Assembly: GCA_035934535.1 (NCBI GenBank)
Contig: DASYXS010000005.1
Coordinates: 6,707 to 70,706 of the forward strand
Reading direction: 5' to 3'
DNA from: a bacterium
GTDB lineage: Bacteria; Sysuimicrobiota; Sysuimicrobiia; Sysuimicrobiales; Segetimicrobiaceae
DNA: 64,000 nucleotides
The notes beneath the pieces were generated by a model. The model ran no database searches. It saw only the letters and a program-made list of their open reading frames with translations, and was not told where the DNA came from. Shown one piece after another: positions 54,866-64,000 of this stretch. Positions within the stretch are counted from its first letter, which is position 1. Every line of letters starts with the position of its first letter. Both the position numbers and the translations under genes were made by a program.

Positions 54866-56122
54866 ATGACGTACCACCCGTTTATCGCCGGGCAGCACGA
54901 GCTCCAGCCCCGGCGGGTCTTCAGCACGTCCGGCACGGACTGGCAGGGCCGCGTCAACTTCGACCGGCTGCGCGGCGAGCGGCTGGCGCGCGCGCGCGCG
55001 ATGATGGACAAGCACGACCTCGGCGCGCTCATCCTGTTCGTCGGGGAAAACGTCCGCTACGTGACCGGCGTGTACCAGGGCAACTGGAAGAACAACATCT
55101 TCATCCGCTACGCGGTGCTCCCGCGCGGCAAGGACCCGGTGCTGTTCGAGACGGTCGGCAGCGACCTGGTCTGCGCGCAGATGGACGCGCCGTGGCTCAC
55201 TGAGGTCCGGCCCGCGATCACGTGGAAGTGGTCCGAGGGCGCGGAGGGCGAGATGGCCGCGCGGATGGCCGGGTCGATCGCGGACGTGCTGCGCGAGTCC
55301 GGCGTGCACAAGGAGAAGATCGGCATCGACATCATGGACATGGTCGCCTACCAGTCGCTGACGAAAGAGGGGCTCAACATCACGAACGGCTGGCCGGCGA
55401 TGTCGCAGGCGCGGGTGATCAAGACCCAGGACGAGCTGGAGTGCCACAAGATCGCCGCGGCCCACGGCGACGCCGCGATGTACATGGCGAAGCACGACTG
55501 GGCCAAGCCCGGCGTGCGCGAGGCCGAGGTCTGCGCGAAGGTCAACGAATACCTGTACCGCAGCGGCTTCGACTTCGTCTACGATATCATCGTCGCCTCG
55601 GGCGGCAACACCAGCCCCTACCGCCGCTGGCACACCGACAAGATCATCCGCCAGGGCGACCTCATGATCATCGACATCAACGCGGTCGGCCCGGGCGGGT
55701 ACTTCATCGACTTCGTCCGGTGCTGGAAAGTCGCATCGAAGCCGACCCAGAAGGAGAAGGACCTCTACAAGGAATGCTACGATTCGCTCTACGCGGCGAT
55801 CGGCGCGGTCCGCGCCGGGGCCACCTCCGCGGACGTCGCGAAGCACTTCCCCGTCTACGACGACGACAAGTACGGCAGCGTCTCGCTGCAGCAGTTCGCG
55901 CACAGCATCGGGCTCAGCCTGTACGAGGGGATGTGGATCTCCCGCGCGTACTCGCTCAAGTATCCCGCGGAGCTCAAGAAGAACATGTACTTCGCGATCG
56001 AGACGTTTGCGGGACATCCCGGCCTCGAGCAGACCGTCCGTCTCGAGGAGAACATCGTCGTGACCGACACCGGCCACGAGCGCTTCACCCTCTGCGAGCA
56101 CGCCGACGACATGATGGCCTAG
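54866..56122 (+). CDS. M24 family metallohydrolase (second, divergent creatinase/Xaa-Pro-peptidase-like paralog)
   Basis: 418 aa; creatinase_N-like domain then M24 core (DLMIIDINAVGPGGYFIDFVRCW, HSIGLSLYEGMWI, MYFAIETFAG). Confidence 0.75.
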   Translation: MTYHPFIAGQHELQPRRVFSTSGTDWQGRVNFDRLRGERLARARAMMDKHDLGALILFVGENVRYVTGVYQGNWKNNIFIRYAVLPRGKDPVLFETVGSDLVCAQMDAPWLTEVRPAITWKWSEGAEGEMAARMAGSIADVLRESGVHKEKIGIDIMDMVAYQSLTKEGLNITNGWPAMSQARVIKTQDELECHKIAAAHGDAAMYMAKHDWAKPGVREAEVCAKVNEYLYRSGFDFVYDIIVASGGNTSPYRRWHTDKIIRQGDLMIIDINAVGPGGYFIDFVRCWKVASKPTQKEKDLYKECYDSLYAAIGAVRAGATSADVAKHFPVYDDDKYGSVSLQQFAHSIGLSLYEGMWISRAYSLKYPAELKKNMYFAIETFAGHPGLEQTVRLEENIVVTDTGHERFTLCEHADDMMA

Positions 56123-56141
56123 GGGACCGGGCCGGCGCCGC

Positions 56142-57125
56142 ATGATCGTCGACGTTCACAGCCACGTCTTTCCGGAGCGGTTCCTGGCCGCCCTCGACCG
56201 GGCGGGCGCCCGGTTCGGCGCCAAGGTGGAGACGCGCGGCGGCGAGCGAATCGTCTGGAGCAGCCCGCGCCAGCGCTCCGCGATCGGGCCGGTGTTCTGG
56301 GACGTCGCGGAGCGCCTCGCCGCGCTCGACCGCTGGGGCATCGCGGTGCAGGCACTGTCGCTCTCTCCGCCGATGCTGTACTGGGCGCCGCCGGACGTCG
56401 GAGGCGAGCTGGCCGCGGTGTTCAACGACGAGATCGCCGCGATCAGCCGCGCGCACCCCCGGCGGTTCCTTGCCTTCGCGACGCTGCCGCTCCAAGACGT
56501 CGGCGCGGCGGTCGCGGAGGCGGAGCGGGCCGCCCGCGCCGGCTGCCGGGCGCTGTACGTCGGCACGAACGTCAACGGCCGCTACCTCGACGACCCGTCG
56601 TTTGAGCCGCTGTGGGAATGCGCGGTGCGGCACGGCCTGCCGGTGTTCACCCATCCGCTCAACAACGCCGGGGAGGAGCGCATGGGGGAGTGGCACCTCG
56701 GCAACTCCGTCGGCAATCCGAACGAGACCACGCTCGCCGCCGCGCGCCTGATCATGGCCGGCGTGCTCGACCGGCACCCCGATCTCGAGATCGTCCTCGC
56801 GCACGGCGCAGGCTCGCTGCCGTTTCTCCTGGGACGGCTCGACCACACCTACGCGGTGCGCCCGGAGGTCCAGGGTGCGCTCCGCCGGCCGCCGTCGGCG
56901 TATCTTCCGCGGTTCTACGCCGACACGATCACGCACGGCGACCGCGCCCTCGCGTTCCTGATCGGGGCGGCCGGGGCGGACCGGGTGCTGCTCGGCACCG
57001 ATCTGCCGTACGACATGGCGGACGTCGATCCGGCGGGGCGCCTCAGGCGGCTCGATCTGCCGCCGGCGGAGACCGCGGCGATCGAAGCCGGGAACGCGGC
57101 CCGGCTCCTCGGGCTCGAGCTCTAA
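56142..57125 (+). CDS. Amidohydrolase_2 family hydrolase (third paralog)
   Basis: MIVDVHSHVFPERF (HxH), FTHPLN, LAHGAGSLPF, GTDLPYDMAD; 327 aa. Confidence 0.8.
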   Translation: MIVDVHSHVFPERFLAALDRAGARFGAKVETRGGERIVWSSPRQRSAIGPVFWDVAERLAALDRWGIAVQALSLSPPMLYWAPPDVGGELAAVFNDEIAAISRAHPRRFLAFATLPLQDVGAAVAEAERAARAGCRALYVGTNVNGRYLDDPSFEPLWECAVRHGLPVFTHPLNNAGEERMGEWHLGNSVGNPNETTLAAARLIMAGVLDRHPDLEIVLAHGAGSLPFLLGRLDHTYAVRPEVQGALRRPPSAYLPRFYADTITHGDRALAFLIGAAGADRVLLGTDLPYDMADVDPAGRLRRLDLPPAETAAIEAGNAARLLGLEL

Positions 57126-57136
57126 AGGCCGCGGCC

Positions 57137-57997
57137 GTGGGCGCGTCGTTCTACCTGCAGCAGGCTCTCAACGGTCTCTCATTCGGCGCGCTCTTGTTCC
57201 TGCTCGCGAGCGGGCTCACGCTCATCTTCGGGCTGATGCGCGTGGCCAACATCGCGCACGGCTCCTACTACCTGCTCGGCGCGTACGTCGGGCTGTCGGT
57301 GATGCGCTGGACGTCGGTGTTTCCGCTGGCGATTCTCGCCGGCGGGGCCGCGGTCGCCCTCATCGGCATCGTGATGCAGCGGTGGTTCCTGGCGCGGTTC
57401 CATCAGCAAACGCTTCCTCAAGTCCTGCTCACGATGGGTTTCGCGTTCTTCTTTTCCGACCAGGCGCTGCTGCTGTGGGGCGGCGACCCGCAGAGCATCC
57501 CGGTCCCGAGGGTGCTCGCCGGCACCCTGGTCATCGGGCCCGTGTACTTTCCGGCCTACCGCCTGTTCGTGATCGCGGTGGGGCTTTGCGTCTTTGTGGG
57601 ATTGTGGCTCCTGCTCGAGCGCACGCGTCTCGGCGCGACCGTACGGGCGGCCGTCGACGACGCCGAGATGGCGCGCGGCCTCGGCATCAACGTCGGGCGG
57701 GTGATGACCGGCGTGTTCGCGCTCGGCGCGTTTCTCGCCGCCGCGGGCGGGGTGATGGGCGGCGCGTTCCTCTCGATCTACCCGGGCGCCGATTTCGATG
57801 TGCTGCCGCTGACCTTCGTCGTCGTGATCATGGGCGGGCTCGGGAGTCTCAAGGGCGCGCTGGTCGGCAGCCTCCTTGTCGGACTGCTCGACAATTTCGG
57901 CAAAGCGATGTTCCCTGAGCTGTCCTACTTCACGCTCTTCGCGCCGATGGCGTTGATCCTGGCCGTGCGGCCGACGGGCCTCTTCGGCAGGGCGTAG
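57137..57997 (+). CDS. Branched-chain amino acid-type ABC transporter permease (LivH-like), second system
   Basis: GTG 57137 (VGASFYLQQALNGLSFGALLFLLASGLTLIFG...); the long upstream in-frame extension from 56612 is non-coding-like. Confidence 0.75.
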   Translation: MGASFYLQQALNGLSFGALLFLLASGLTLIFGLMRVANIAHGSYYLLGAYVGLSVMRWTSVFPLAILAGGAAVALIGIVMQRWFLARFHQQTLPQVLLTMGFAFFFSDQALLLWGGDPQSIPVPRVLAGTLVIGPVYFPAYRLFVIAVGLCVFVGLWLLLERTRLGATVRAAVDDAEMARGLGINVGRVMTGVFALGAFLAAAGGVMGGAFLSIYPGADFDVLPLTFVVVIMGGLGSLKGALVGSLLVGLLDNFGKAMFPELSYFTLFAPMALILAVRPTGLFGRA

Positions 57998-57999
57998 GC

Positions 58000-59001
58000 G
58001 TGCGCCGCGGGACCTTCAGCGGTCTCGCCGCCGTCTCGGTCATCGTCGCGGCTCTGTGCGCGCTGCCGGTGGTCGCGCCGACCTACTATCTGCACCTGCT
58101 CACGCTCACGTTCTGCTACGGGATCATGGCGATGAGTCTCGATCTTCTCGTCGGCTACACGGGACTCGGGTCGCTCGGTCATGCGGCGTATTTCGGCGTC
58201 GCCGGCTACGTGGTCGGGGTGCTGGCCACGACGCTCGGCTGGGGGTTCTGGCCGGCCGCGGCGGCGGACGTGCTCGCCGCCGCGGGCACCGCGGCGCTGT
58301 TCGGCCTGCTGGCGATCCGCGCGACCGGCCCGTATTTCTTGATCATCACACTCGCGTTGGGCCAGATCATCTGGGGACTGGCCTACCGGTGGGTGTCGGT
58401 AACCGGGGGCGACAACGGACTTCGCGGGATCGCGCGGCCGGTGCTGGCCGCCGGACTCAGCCTCGTCCGGATCCAGTCCTTTTACTATTTCGCGATGGCG
58501 GTGACGCTGTTCGCCGCCGCCTCGATGTACCTCGTCGTGACGTCGCCGTTCGGCCTCACGCTGCGCGGGATCCGCGAGAGCGAGTCCCGCATGCGGGTCC
58601 TCGGCTACAACGTGTTCTTGCACAAGTACCTCGTCTTCATCCTCGCCGGCGCGTTCTGCGGTGTGGCCGGCGTGCTGTACGCCTACTACAACGGCTTCGT
58701 CTCGCCCGCGGACGTGCACCTCATCGCGTCTGCGAACGCGCTGCTCATGGTGATCCTTGGAGGGAGCGGGACCCTCTTTGGTGCCCTCGTCGGCTCCGCG
58801 CTGCTCGTTTTTCTCCAAAACCTGCTGAGCGGCATCACGCAGCGCTGGCTGACGATCCTCGGCGCGATCCTCGTTCTGGCCGTGATGTACGCGCCGCAAG
58901 GGGTGGTCGGCGCCGCGCGGACGCTGCTCCTTCGCCGTCCGGCAGGAGGCCGCGGACGCGGGACCCAGGTCCCGGCCGTCGAACACTCGGAAACCACCTA
59001 G
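58000..59001 (+). CDS. Branched-chain amino acid-type ABC transporter permease (LivM-like), second system
   Basis: GTG start; 333 aa polytopic permease. Confidence 0.75.
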   Translation: MRRGTFSGLAAVSVIVAALCALPVVAPTYYLHLLTLTFCYGIMAMSLDLLVGYTGLGSLGHAAYFGVAGYVVGVLATTLGWGFWPAAAADVLAAAGTAALFGLLAIRATGPYFLIITLALGQIIWGLAYRWVSVTGGDNGLRGIARPVLAAGLSLVRIQSFYYFAMAVTLFAAASMYLVVTSPFGLTLRGIRESESRMRVLGYNVFLHKYLVFILAGAFCGVAGVLYAYYNGFVSPADVHLIASANALLMVILGGSGTLFGALVGSALLVFLQNLLSGITQRWLTILGAILVLAVMYAPQGVVGAARTLLLRRPAGGRGRGTQVPAVEHSETT

Positions 59002-59016
59002 AGTCGCTGCACGGAG

Positions 59017-60309
59017 GTGAGCGGATTGGCCCAACACCGGATCACGCGGCGGACCCTGGTCAAGGGCGGCCTCGCGCTCGGCGGCGTCACGGCTGCCCGG
59101 GCGCTCGCCCGTCTGCGCCCGGTCGTCTACGCGCAGCCGTCGCCCGCGTTCGGCATCGGCTTCATCGCCGACATTACGGGGACGGTCGCGCCGAGCGGCC
59201 GCGACATGCTCGACGGCTTCCAGATGTACCTGTCTGAGAAGAACTCGATGCTCGGCGGGAAGCAGGTTCAGCTGATCGTGGAGGACGCGGGCGGCGTGCC
59301 GGCCAACGCGCTCACGAAGGCGCGCAAACTGATCGAGCAGGACCGCGTCCAGCTGCTCACCGCGCCGCTGCTGGCCTCCGAGGCGTACGCCGTCCGCGAC
59401 TACGTCGCCGAGCGGGGGACGCCCATGATCTTCATGGTCGCCTCCGCGGACGACCTCACGCAGCGGAAGGGCGCGCCCAATTTCGTGCGCACCGGGTGGT
59501 CGAGCAGCCAGCCCTCGCATCCTTTCGGCGAGTACGCGGCGACAGAGCTCAAATACAAGAGGATCGCGACGATCGGCAGCGACTACGCGTTCGGCTACGA
59601 GGTCGTCGGCGGATTCCAGAAGACGTTCGAACTGCAGGGCGGGCAGATCGTGCAGAAGATCTGGGCGCCGCTCGGCACCCCGGACTACAGCCCGTACGTC
59701 ACGCAGCTCCGCCGCGACGTCGACGCGGTGTACGCCATTCCCGTCGGCGTCGACGTGATCCGCTTCGCCAAGGCGTACCGGCAGTACGGCCTGAAGGACA
59801 AGATCCCCCTCATCGGCGGCGCGCTTCTCGCCGATGAGAGCCTGCTCCGCGGCATGGGAGCGCCGGAAGACGCGACCGGCATCATCACCTGCCTGCACTG
59901 GGCCGCGGGCCTGACCACGCTCGCCGCGAGGAAGTTCGTCGACGCGTACAACGCCAAGTACAAGAAGGACCCCTCGTACTACGCGGAGACGAACTACACC
60001 GGCGGCATGTGGATCGACACGGCCGTGCAGCGCATCGACGGGAAGGTGGACGATCGCGCCGCGTTCCTGCGTTCGATGCTCGCGGTGCAGCTGCCGAACG
60101 CGCCGCGCGGCCCGATCCGGCTCGACAGTTATCATAATCCCATCGAGAACGAGTACGTGCGGAAGGTCGAGTATCGGAACGGACGCCTCGTCAACACCGT
60201 GATCCACACCTTCCACAACGTCTCGCAGTTCTGGACGTTCGCGCCCGCCGAGTTCCTGAAGCAGCCGGTGTACGACCGCAACTATCCGCCCTGCCGGTAC
60301 TGCGGCTAG
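59017..60309 (+). CDS. Type I PBP ABC transporter substrate-binding protein (LivK/amide-urea family) with Tat signal
   Basis: RITRRTLVKGGLALGGVTAARALA twin-arginine-like leader; start GTG 59017 or TTG 59026 after GGAGGTGAGCGGA; 430 aa. Confidence 0.75.
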   Translation: MSGLAQHRITRRTLVKGGLALGGVTAARALARLRPVVYAQPSPAFGIGFIADITGTVAPSGRDMLDGFQMYLSEKNSMLGGKQVQLIVEDAGGVPANALTKARKLIEQDRVQLLTAPLLASEAYAVRDYVAERGTPMIFMVASADDLTQRKGAPNFVRTGWSSSQPSHPFGEYAATELKYKRIATIGSDYAFGYEVVGGFQKTFELQGGQIVQKIWAPLGTPDYSPYVTQLRRDVDAVYAIPVGVDVIRFAKAYRQYGLKDKIPLIGGALLADESLLRGMGAPEDATGIITCLHWAAGLTTLAARKFVDAYNAKYKKDPSYYAETNYTGGMWIDTAVQRIDGKVDDRAAFLRSMLAVQLPNAPRGPIRLDSYHNPIENEYVRKVEYRNGRLVNTVIHTFHNVSQFWTFAPAEFLKQPVYDRNYPPCRYCG

Positions 60310-60329
60310 GCGGAGCCGTCGGCCGGCCG

Positions 60330-61100
60330 GTGGTGGGTCACGCCGTCCTGGAGCTCGAGCGGATCTGCCGCCGCTTCGGCGGCCTCGAGGCGATCCGGGA
60401 CGTCACCATGTCCGTGCCGGAAGGATCGCGGCGGGCGATCATCGGCCCGAACGGCGCCGGCAAGACGACGCTGTTCAACATCATCACCGGCGAGCTCGCC
60501 GCCTCGTCGGGGCGCCTGCGGTTCTTCGGCCGGGACGTGACGGGTCTGCCCGCCCACGCGCGGGCCGCGCTGGGACTCGGCCGCACGTTCCAGATCACCA
60601 ACCTCTTCGGTCCGCTCACCGTGGAGGACAATATGCTCCTCGCGGTGCAGGCGCTGTCGCCCTCCAAGTACGCGATGCTGCGGCCGCTGCGGCGGGACCG
60701 GGCGGTGCTCGACCGCGCCCGGGCGCTGCTCGAGCCGGCGGGCCTCTGGCAGAAGCGCGACGCCGAGGTCCACGTGCTCTCCTACGGCGAGCAGCGGCAA
60801 TTGGAGGTCCTGCTGGCGCTGGCCGGACGTCCGCGCCTGCTGCTGCTGGACGAGCCGGCGGCCGGGCTCTCGCCGGGCGAGCGCCGGGAGATGGCGCAGT
60901 TCATCAAAGGCCTGGACCCGGGGCTGACCCTGCTGCTCATCGAGCACGACATGGACGTCGCGTTCGAGATCGTCGACGCGATTACGGTGCTGCACTTCGG
61001 CTGCGTCGTGGCGGAGGGCACGAAGGAAGCGGTCCGCGCCGACCGGTCCGTGCAGGAGATCTATCTCGGCACCGAAGCGGCCGGGCAGGAGACCCACTAG
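60330..61100 (+). CDS. ABC transporter ATP-binding protein (LivG-like), second system
   Basis: Walker A GPNGAGKTT, YGEQRQLEV, LLLLDEP. Confidence 0.8.
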   Translation: MVGHAVLELERICRRFGGLEAIRDVTMSVPEGSRRAIIGPNGAGKTTLFNIITGELAASSGRLRFFGRDVTGLPAHARAALGLGRTFQITNLFGPLTVEDNMLLAVQALSPSKYAMLRPLRRDRAVLDRARALLEPAGLWQKRDAEVHVLSYGEQRQLEVLLALAGRPRLLLLDEPAAGLSPGERREMAQFIKGLDPGLTLLLIEHDMDVAFEIVDAITVLHFGCVVAEGTKEAVRADRSVQEIYLGTEAAGQETH

Positions 61101-61850
61101 ATGGCCGTGCTCGCGGTCGACGACATCCACACCTACTACGGCGATTCGCACGTGCTGCAGGGGGTGAGCCTCGAGGTGCGGCCGGGCGCCGTGACGGCGC
61201 TCCTCGGCCGCAACGGCATGGGCAAGACGACGCTCATCCGGTCGGTCGTCGGGTTTGCGCGGCCGCGGCGGGGCCGCGTGGTGTTCGACGGGCGGGACAT
61301 CACCCGGGTACCGAGCCACGAGATCGCGCGGGCCGGGATCGGCCTTGTCCCGCAGGGCCGCCGCATCTTTCCGTCGCTCACCGTGCACGAGAACCTGACC
61401 GTGGCGGCGCGCAGTGGGAACGGTCCCGGCCGGCCTGCGACCGGCCACCGTGAAATCAACGCCGCCGGCGGCACGCCGTGGTCGATCGAGCGGGTCCTCG
61501 GGCTGTTTCCGCGCCTCGGCGATCGCGCCGCGCACCGCGGCAACATGCTCTCCGGCGGAGAGCAGCAGATGCTCGCGATCGGCCGCGCACTCATGACGAA
61601 TCCGCGCCTGCTGCTGATGGACGAGCCGTCCGAAGGCCTCGCGCCGCTGCTGGTCCGGAATCTCGGCGACGCGATCGTCCGCCTCCGCGAGGAAGGGTTG
61701 AGCATCCTGCTCGTGGAGCAGAACCTGCCGATGGCCCTCCGGGTCGCCGGCGACGTGTACGTGCTCAGCAAAGGCCACGTGGTCTATCACGGCGCGCCGG
61801 CGGACCTCGCCGCCGATACGGCCGTCACGCACCGGTACCTGGGGGTCTAG
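61101..61850 (+). CDS. ABC transporter ATP-binding protein (LivF-like), second system
   Basis: Walker A GRNGMGKTT, LSGGEQQMLAIGRAL, LLLMDEP; carries a ~15 aa insertion (…NGPGRPATGHREINAAGG…) coinciding with a copy of the intragenic repeat. Confidence 0.8.
   Translation: MAVLAVDDIHTYYGDSHVLQGVSLEVRPGAVTALLGRNGMGKTTLIRSVVGFARPRRGRVVFDGRDITRVPSHEIARAGIGLVPQGRRIFPSLTVHENLTVAARSGNGPGRPATGHREINAAGGTPWSIERVLGLFPRLGDRAAHRGNMLSGGEQQMLAIGRALMTNPRLLLMDEPSEGLAPLLVRNLGDAIVRLREEGLSILLVEQNLPMALRVAGDVYVLSKGHVVYHGAPADLAADTAVTHRYLGV
61420..61470 (+). repeat. Intragenic ~45 bp repeat, copy 4 (core GTGAAAT 61450-61456) inside the LivF-like gene
   Basis: ggtcccGGCCGGCctgcgaCCGGCCACCGTGAAATCAACGCCGCCGGcgg; read in a different frame from copies 1 and 3 (GRPATGHREINAAGG). 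Confidence 0.5.
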
Positions 61851-61852
61851 CG

Positions 61853-62632
61853 ATGGCCGAGATTGTTGACCGCCGTCCGTTCGTCGACGCGATCCGCGCG
61901 CAGCTACGCCTCGATCCCGCGAAAATCGCCGTGCTCGCGGTGGACGTGCACCGCGGGCACCTCGATCCCGAGGTGGCCACGATGCCGGTGTCGGCCGGCG
62001 ACGCGCGGCGGGTGCGCGCCGCGGTGGCGCGCCTGCTCGGCGGCGCGCGGGAGGCCGCCGTGCCGGTCGTCTACGTGCTGCTGACGTACCGCCGTACCAC
62101 CCCGCCGGGGCTCGAGAGCATGGTCAACCCGTTCTGGAAGGCGGTCGAGGCCGCGCGCGAGTCGATGACGCCGGGACGGCGCAGCACGATCGTCCACCAC
62201 AACCAGGAAGGCTCGGTGCAGACGGAGCTGCCGCCCGAGCTCGCGGCCCAGCCCGGCGACTACGTGATCCGCAGTAAGAAGCGGCTCAGCGCGTTCTACG
62301 GCACCGATCTGGAGACCCTGCTGCGGGCGCTCGGGACGGAGACCGTGGTGATCTGCGGCATCAACACCAACACCTGCGTGCTCTGCACGGCGTTCGACGC
62401 CTTCAACCGCGATCTGCGCGTCGTCGTCGCCGCGGACGGGGTCGCGAGCATGTACGGCGACGACCTGCACGTGCTCGGCCTGGAAAACGTCCGGCGCTGC
62501 CTCGGCTGGGTGCTGCCGGTCGAGGAGATCCTGGCGCAGTTCGGCGGCGCGGCCGCTTCGCCCGCGCGTGCGTCGCCCCGCTTGCGCGGGACTAGGCGGC
62601 GGCATGCGCCGCCGTCGCAGCGCGCCCGGTGA
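61853..62632 (+). CDS. Isochorismatase-family cysteine hydrolase (N-carbamoylsarcosine amidase/ureidoacrylate amidohydrolase-like)
   Basis: IAVLAVDVHRGHLDPE, CGINTNTCVLCTAFDAFN (catalytic Cys region); ~55 aa non-conserved C-terminal tail overlapping the next gene. Confidence 0.7.
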   Translation: MAEIVDRRPFVDAIRAQLRLDPAKIAVLAVDVHRGHLDPEVATMPVSAGDARRVRAAVARLLGGAREAAVPVVYVLLTYRRTTPPGLESMVNPFWKAVEAARESMTPGRRSTIVHHNQEGSVQTELPPELAAQPGDYVIRSKKRLSAFYGTDLETLLRALGTETVVICGINTNTCVLCTAFDAFNRDLRVVVAADGVASMYGDDLHVLGLENVRRCLGWVLPVEEILAQFGGAAASPARASPRLRGTRRRHAPPSQRAR

Positions 62633-63660
62633 AAGCGCAGCTCCTCGACGCCTGGGGGGGACCGCTCCGGTACGGCGAGCACCGGGATCCGGCCGCCGGG
62701 CCGGGCGAGGTGTTGATCGCGGTCCGCGCCTGCGGTGTGGGGTTGACCGTCGTGAACTACATGGGCGGGCGGCTCGGCCGCCCCGAGTCCCTTCCGCGGG
62801 TGCCGGGACACGAATTTACCGGCGTGGTCGTCGAGACGGGGCCGGGCGTGACCGGCCTGCGGCCGGGGGACCGCGTGATGAGCTACTTCTACCTTACGTG
62901 CGGCCGCTGCGACTGGTGCCGGTCGGGGCGGGAATCGCTCTGCCGGAACCACGGCGGCTACGTGGGCGTGCACCGGGACGGCGGCTACGCCGAACTCGTC
63001 GCGCTGCCCGAGGCCAACGTGCTGCCGCTCCCGGACGGCGTCCCGTTCGTCGGCGGCACGGTGATCCCGGACGCGGTCGCGACTCCGTACCACGTGTGCG
63101 CGTCGCGCGCGGGCGTCCGGGTCGGGGATCGTGTGCTCGTGATCGGCGCCGCGGGCGGCGTCGGCATCCATATGGTGCAGACGGCGCGTTTGTTCGGCGG
63201 GCGCGTCGTGGCGGTGGATCTCGACGACGCGAAATTGGAGCACTGCCGGCGCTTCGGCGCGGACACGGCGGTGAACATCACGGCGCCGGACGCGCACGAC
63301 CAGGCGCGCGCGGCGTTGGACGGCGGCGCCACGGTGGCGATCGATCTCGTCGGCAGCCGCGAGACCCTCGCGTGGGCCTTTCGACTGCTCGGCCCGGGCG
63401 CCCGGATGGTCATGCTGACGACGTTCGAAGGAGCCGGCCTCGACGTGGTGTCGCGCGAGATGGTGATGGGCGAATTGACCCTGCTCGGATCGCGCTACTG
63501 CTCCCGGGCGGAGGTGCTCGCCGCGGCCCGGCTGGTCCGCGACGGACACATCACGCCGGTCGTCTCCGAGGTGCGGCCGCTCGCGGAGGTCGAAGATCTT
63601 CACGGCCGGCTGCGCGCCCGTTCGCTGCTCGGGCGCGGCGCGGTGGAAATCAAAGCGTAG
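62629..63660 (+). CDS. Zinc-binding alcohol dehydrogenase family (MDR) oxidoreductase
   Basis: GTG start; GHEFTGVV, structural Zn Cys cluster (CGRCDWCRSGRESLC), Rossmann GAAGGVG. Confidence 0.8.
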   Translation: MKAQLLDAWGGPLRYGEHRDPAAGPGEVLIAVRACGVGLTVVNYMGGRLGRPESLPRVPGHEFTGVVVETGPGVTGLRPGDRVMSYFYLTCGRCDWCRSGRESLCRNHGGYVGVHRDGGYAELVALPEANVLPLPDGVPFVGGTVIPDAVATPYHVCASRAGVRVGDRVLVIGAAGGVGIHMVQTARLFGGRVVAVDLDDAKLEHCRRFGADTAVNITAPDAHDQARAALDGGATVAIDLVGSRETLAWAFRLLGPGARMVMLTTFEGAGLDVVSREMVMGELTLLGSRYCSRAEVLAAARLVRDGHITPVVSEVRPLAEVEDLHGRLRARSLLGRGAVEIKA

Positions 63661-63674
63661 GCGGGAGAGCGCGC

Positions 63675-64000
63675 ATGCGGGCGATGGCGGTCACACAATA
63701 CGGCGCGCCGCTGCGGCCGCTGGATCTGCCGCGGCCGGCGCCCGGGCCGGGACAGGTGCTGGTGCGGGTCCTCGGCTGCGGCGTCTGCCGGTCGGACCTC
63801 AAGATCGCCGACGGCGCGATGCCGTTCTCGGCCGTGCTTCCGCTGCCGCATGTCCCCGGGCATGAGATCGCCGGCGAGATCGTCGAGTTTGGGCCCTCCG
63901 AAGACGGTGGAACGCCCGGGGCCGGAAGCGCCGTACCGGGCCGCACCGCCCTCCGGGCCGGCGATCGCGTCGTCGTCTACAACTACTGGGGCTGCCGGAC
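63675..64000 (+). CDS. Zinc-binding alcohol dehydrogenase family protein (3'-truncated by window end)
   Basis: ATG 63675 after GGGAGAG; GCGVCRSDL and GHEIAGEIV motifs; continues beyond 64000. Confidence 0.7.
   Translation, partial: MRAMAVTQYGAPLRPLDLPRPAPGPGQVLVRVLGCGVCRSDLKIADGAMPFSAVLPLPHVPGHEIAGEIVEFGPSEDGGTPGAGSAVPGRTALRAGDRVVVYNYWGCR

Noticed and set aside
1-64000. Mobile elements, prophage, CRISPR arrays, tRNA or rRNA genes
   Set aside because: I scanned for integrase, transposase or Cas-like ORFs, direct-repeat arrays and tRNA-like structures. I found none. The only repeats found are the short intragenic family and paralogous genes.

Overview
This is a 64 kb, roughly 70% GC, gene-dense bacterial chromosomal segment, probably from an actinobacterial or Chloroflexi-like soil organism. 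Genes are tightly packed with many ATGA/GTGA/TGATG start-stop overlaps and GTG/TTG starts. I saw no rRNA, tRNA, CRISPR array, integrase or transposase. The content is catabolic and transport metabolism with heavy paralogy. There is a CoxM-CoxS-CoxL-type molybdenum hydroxylase that is not a CO dehydrogenase (its active-site loop reads MRGFGG), plus a second orphan large subunit. There are two complete Liv-type and two CUT1-type ABC importers, a TetR-HlyD-fused-ABC-ABC2-ABC2 efflux operon (E. coli ybiH-ybhGFSR architecture), and an MFS transporter. Enzyme genes include two solo DUF1989 (carboxyguanidine-deiminase family) genes, two LLM flavin oxidoreductases, orphan TPP E1 alpha/beta subunits, CoA-transferase A/B and a PxpA/LamB lactamase. 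There are also three amidohydrolase_2 paralogs, an arginase-family ureohydrolase, two creatinase/prolidase-fold M24 hydrolases, an isochorismatase-family hydrolase and three tandem double-Dabb proteins. Several regulators are present (TetR, PucR, ECF sigma/anti-sigma). The most unusual sequence-level signal is a family of four ~45 bp repeats, each with an AT-rich ATGAAAT core in GC-rich flanks, all inserted in-frame inside protein-coding genes. A small decay locus holds an ECF sigma gene with an in-frame TGA at a conserved Trp codon and a truncated MOSC-domain gene remnant. Hydrolases that typically act on guanidino, ureido, amide or lactam substrates recur across the window, which suggests uncharacterised nitrogen-compound catabolic modules; the substrates are inferred from gene families, not demonstrated.
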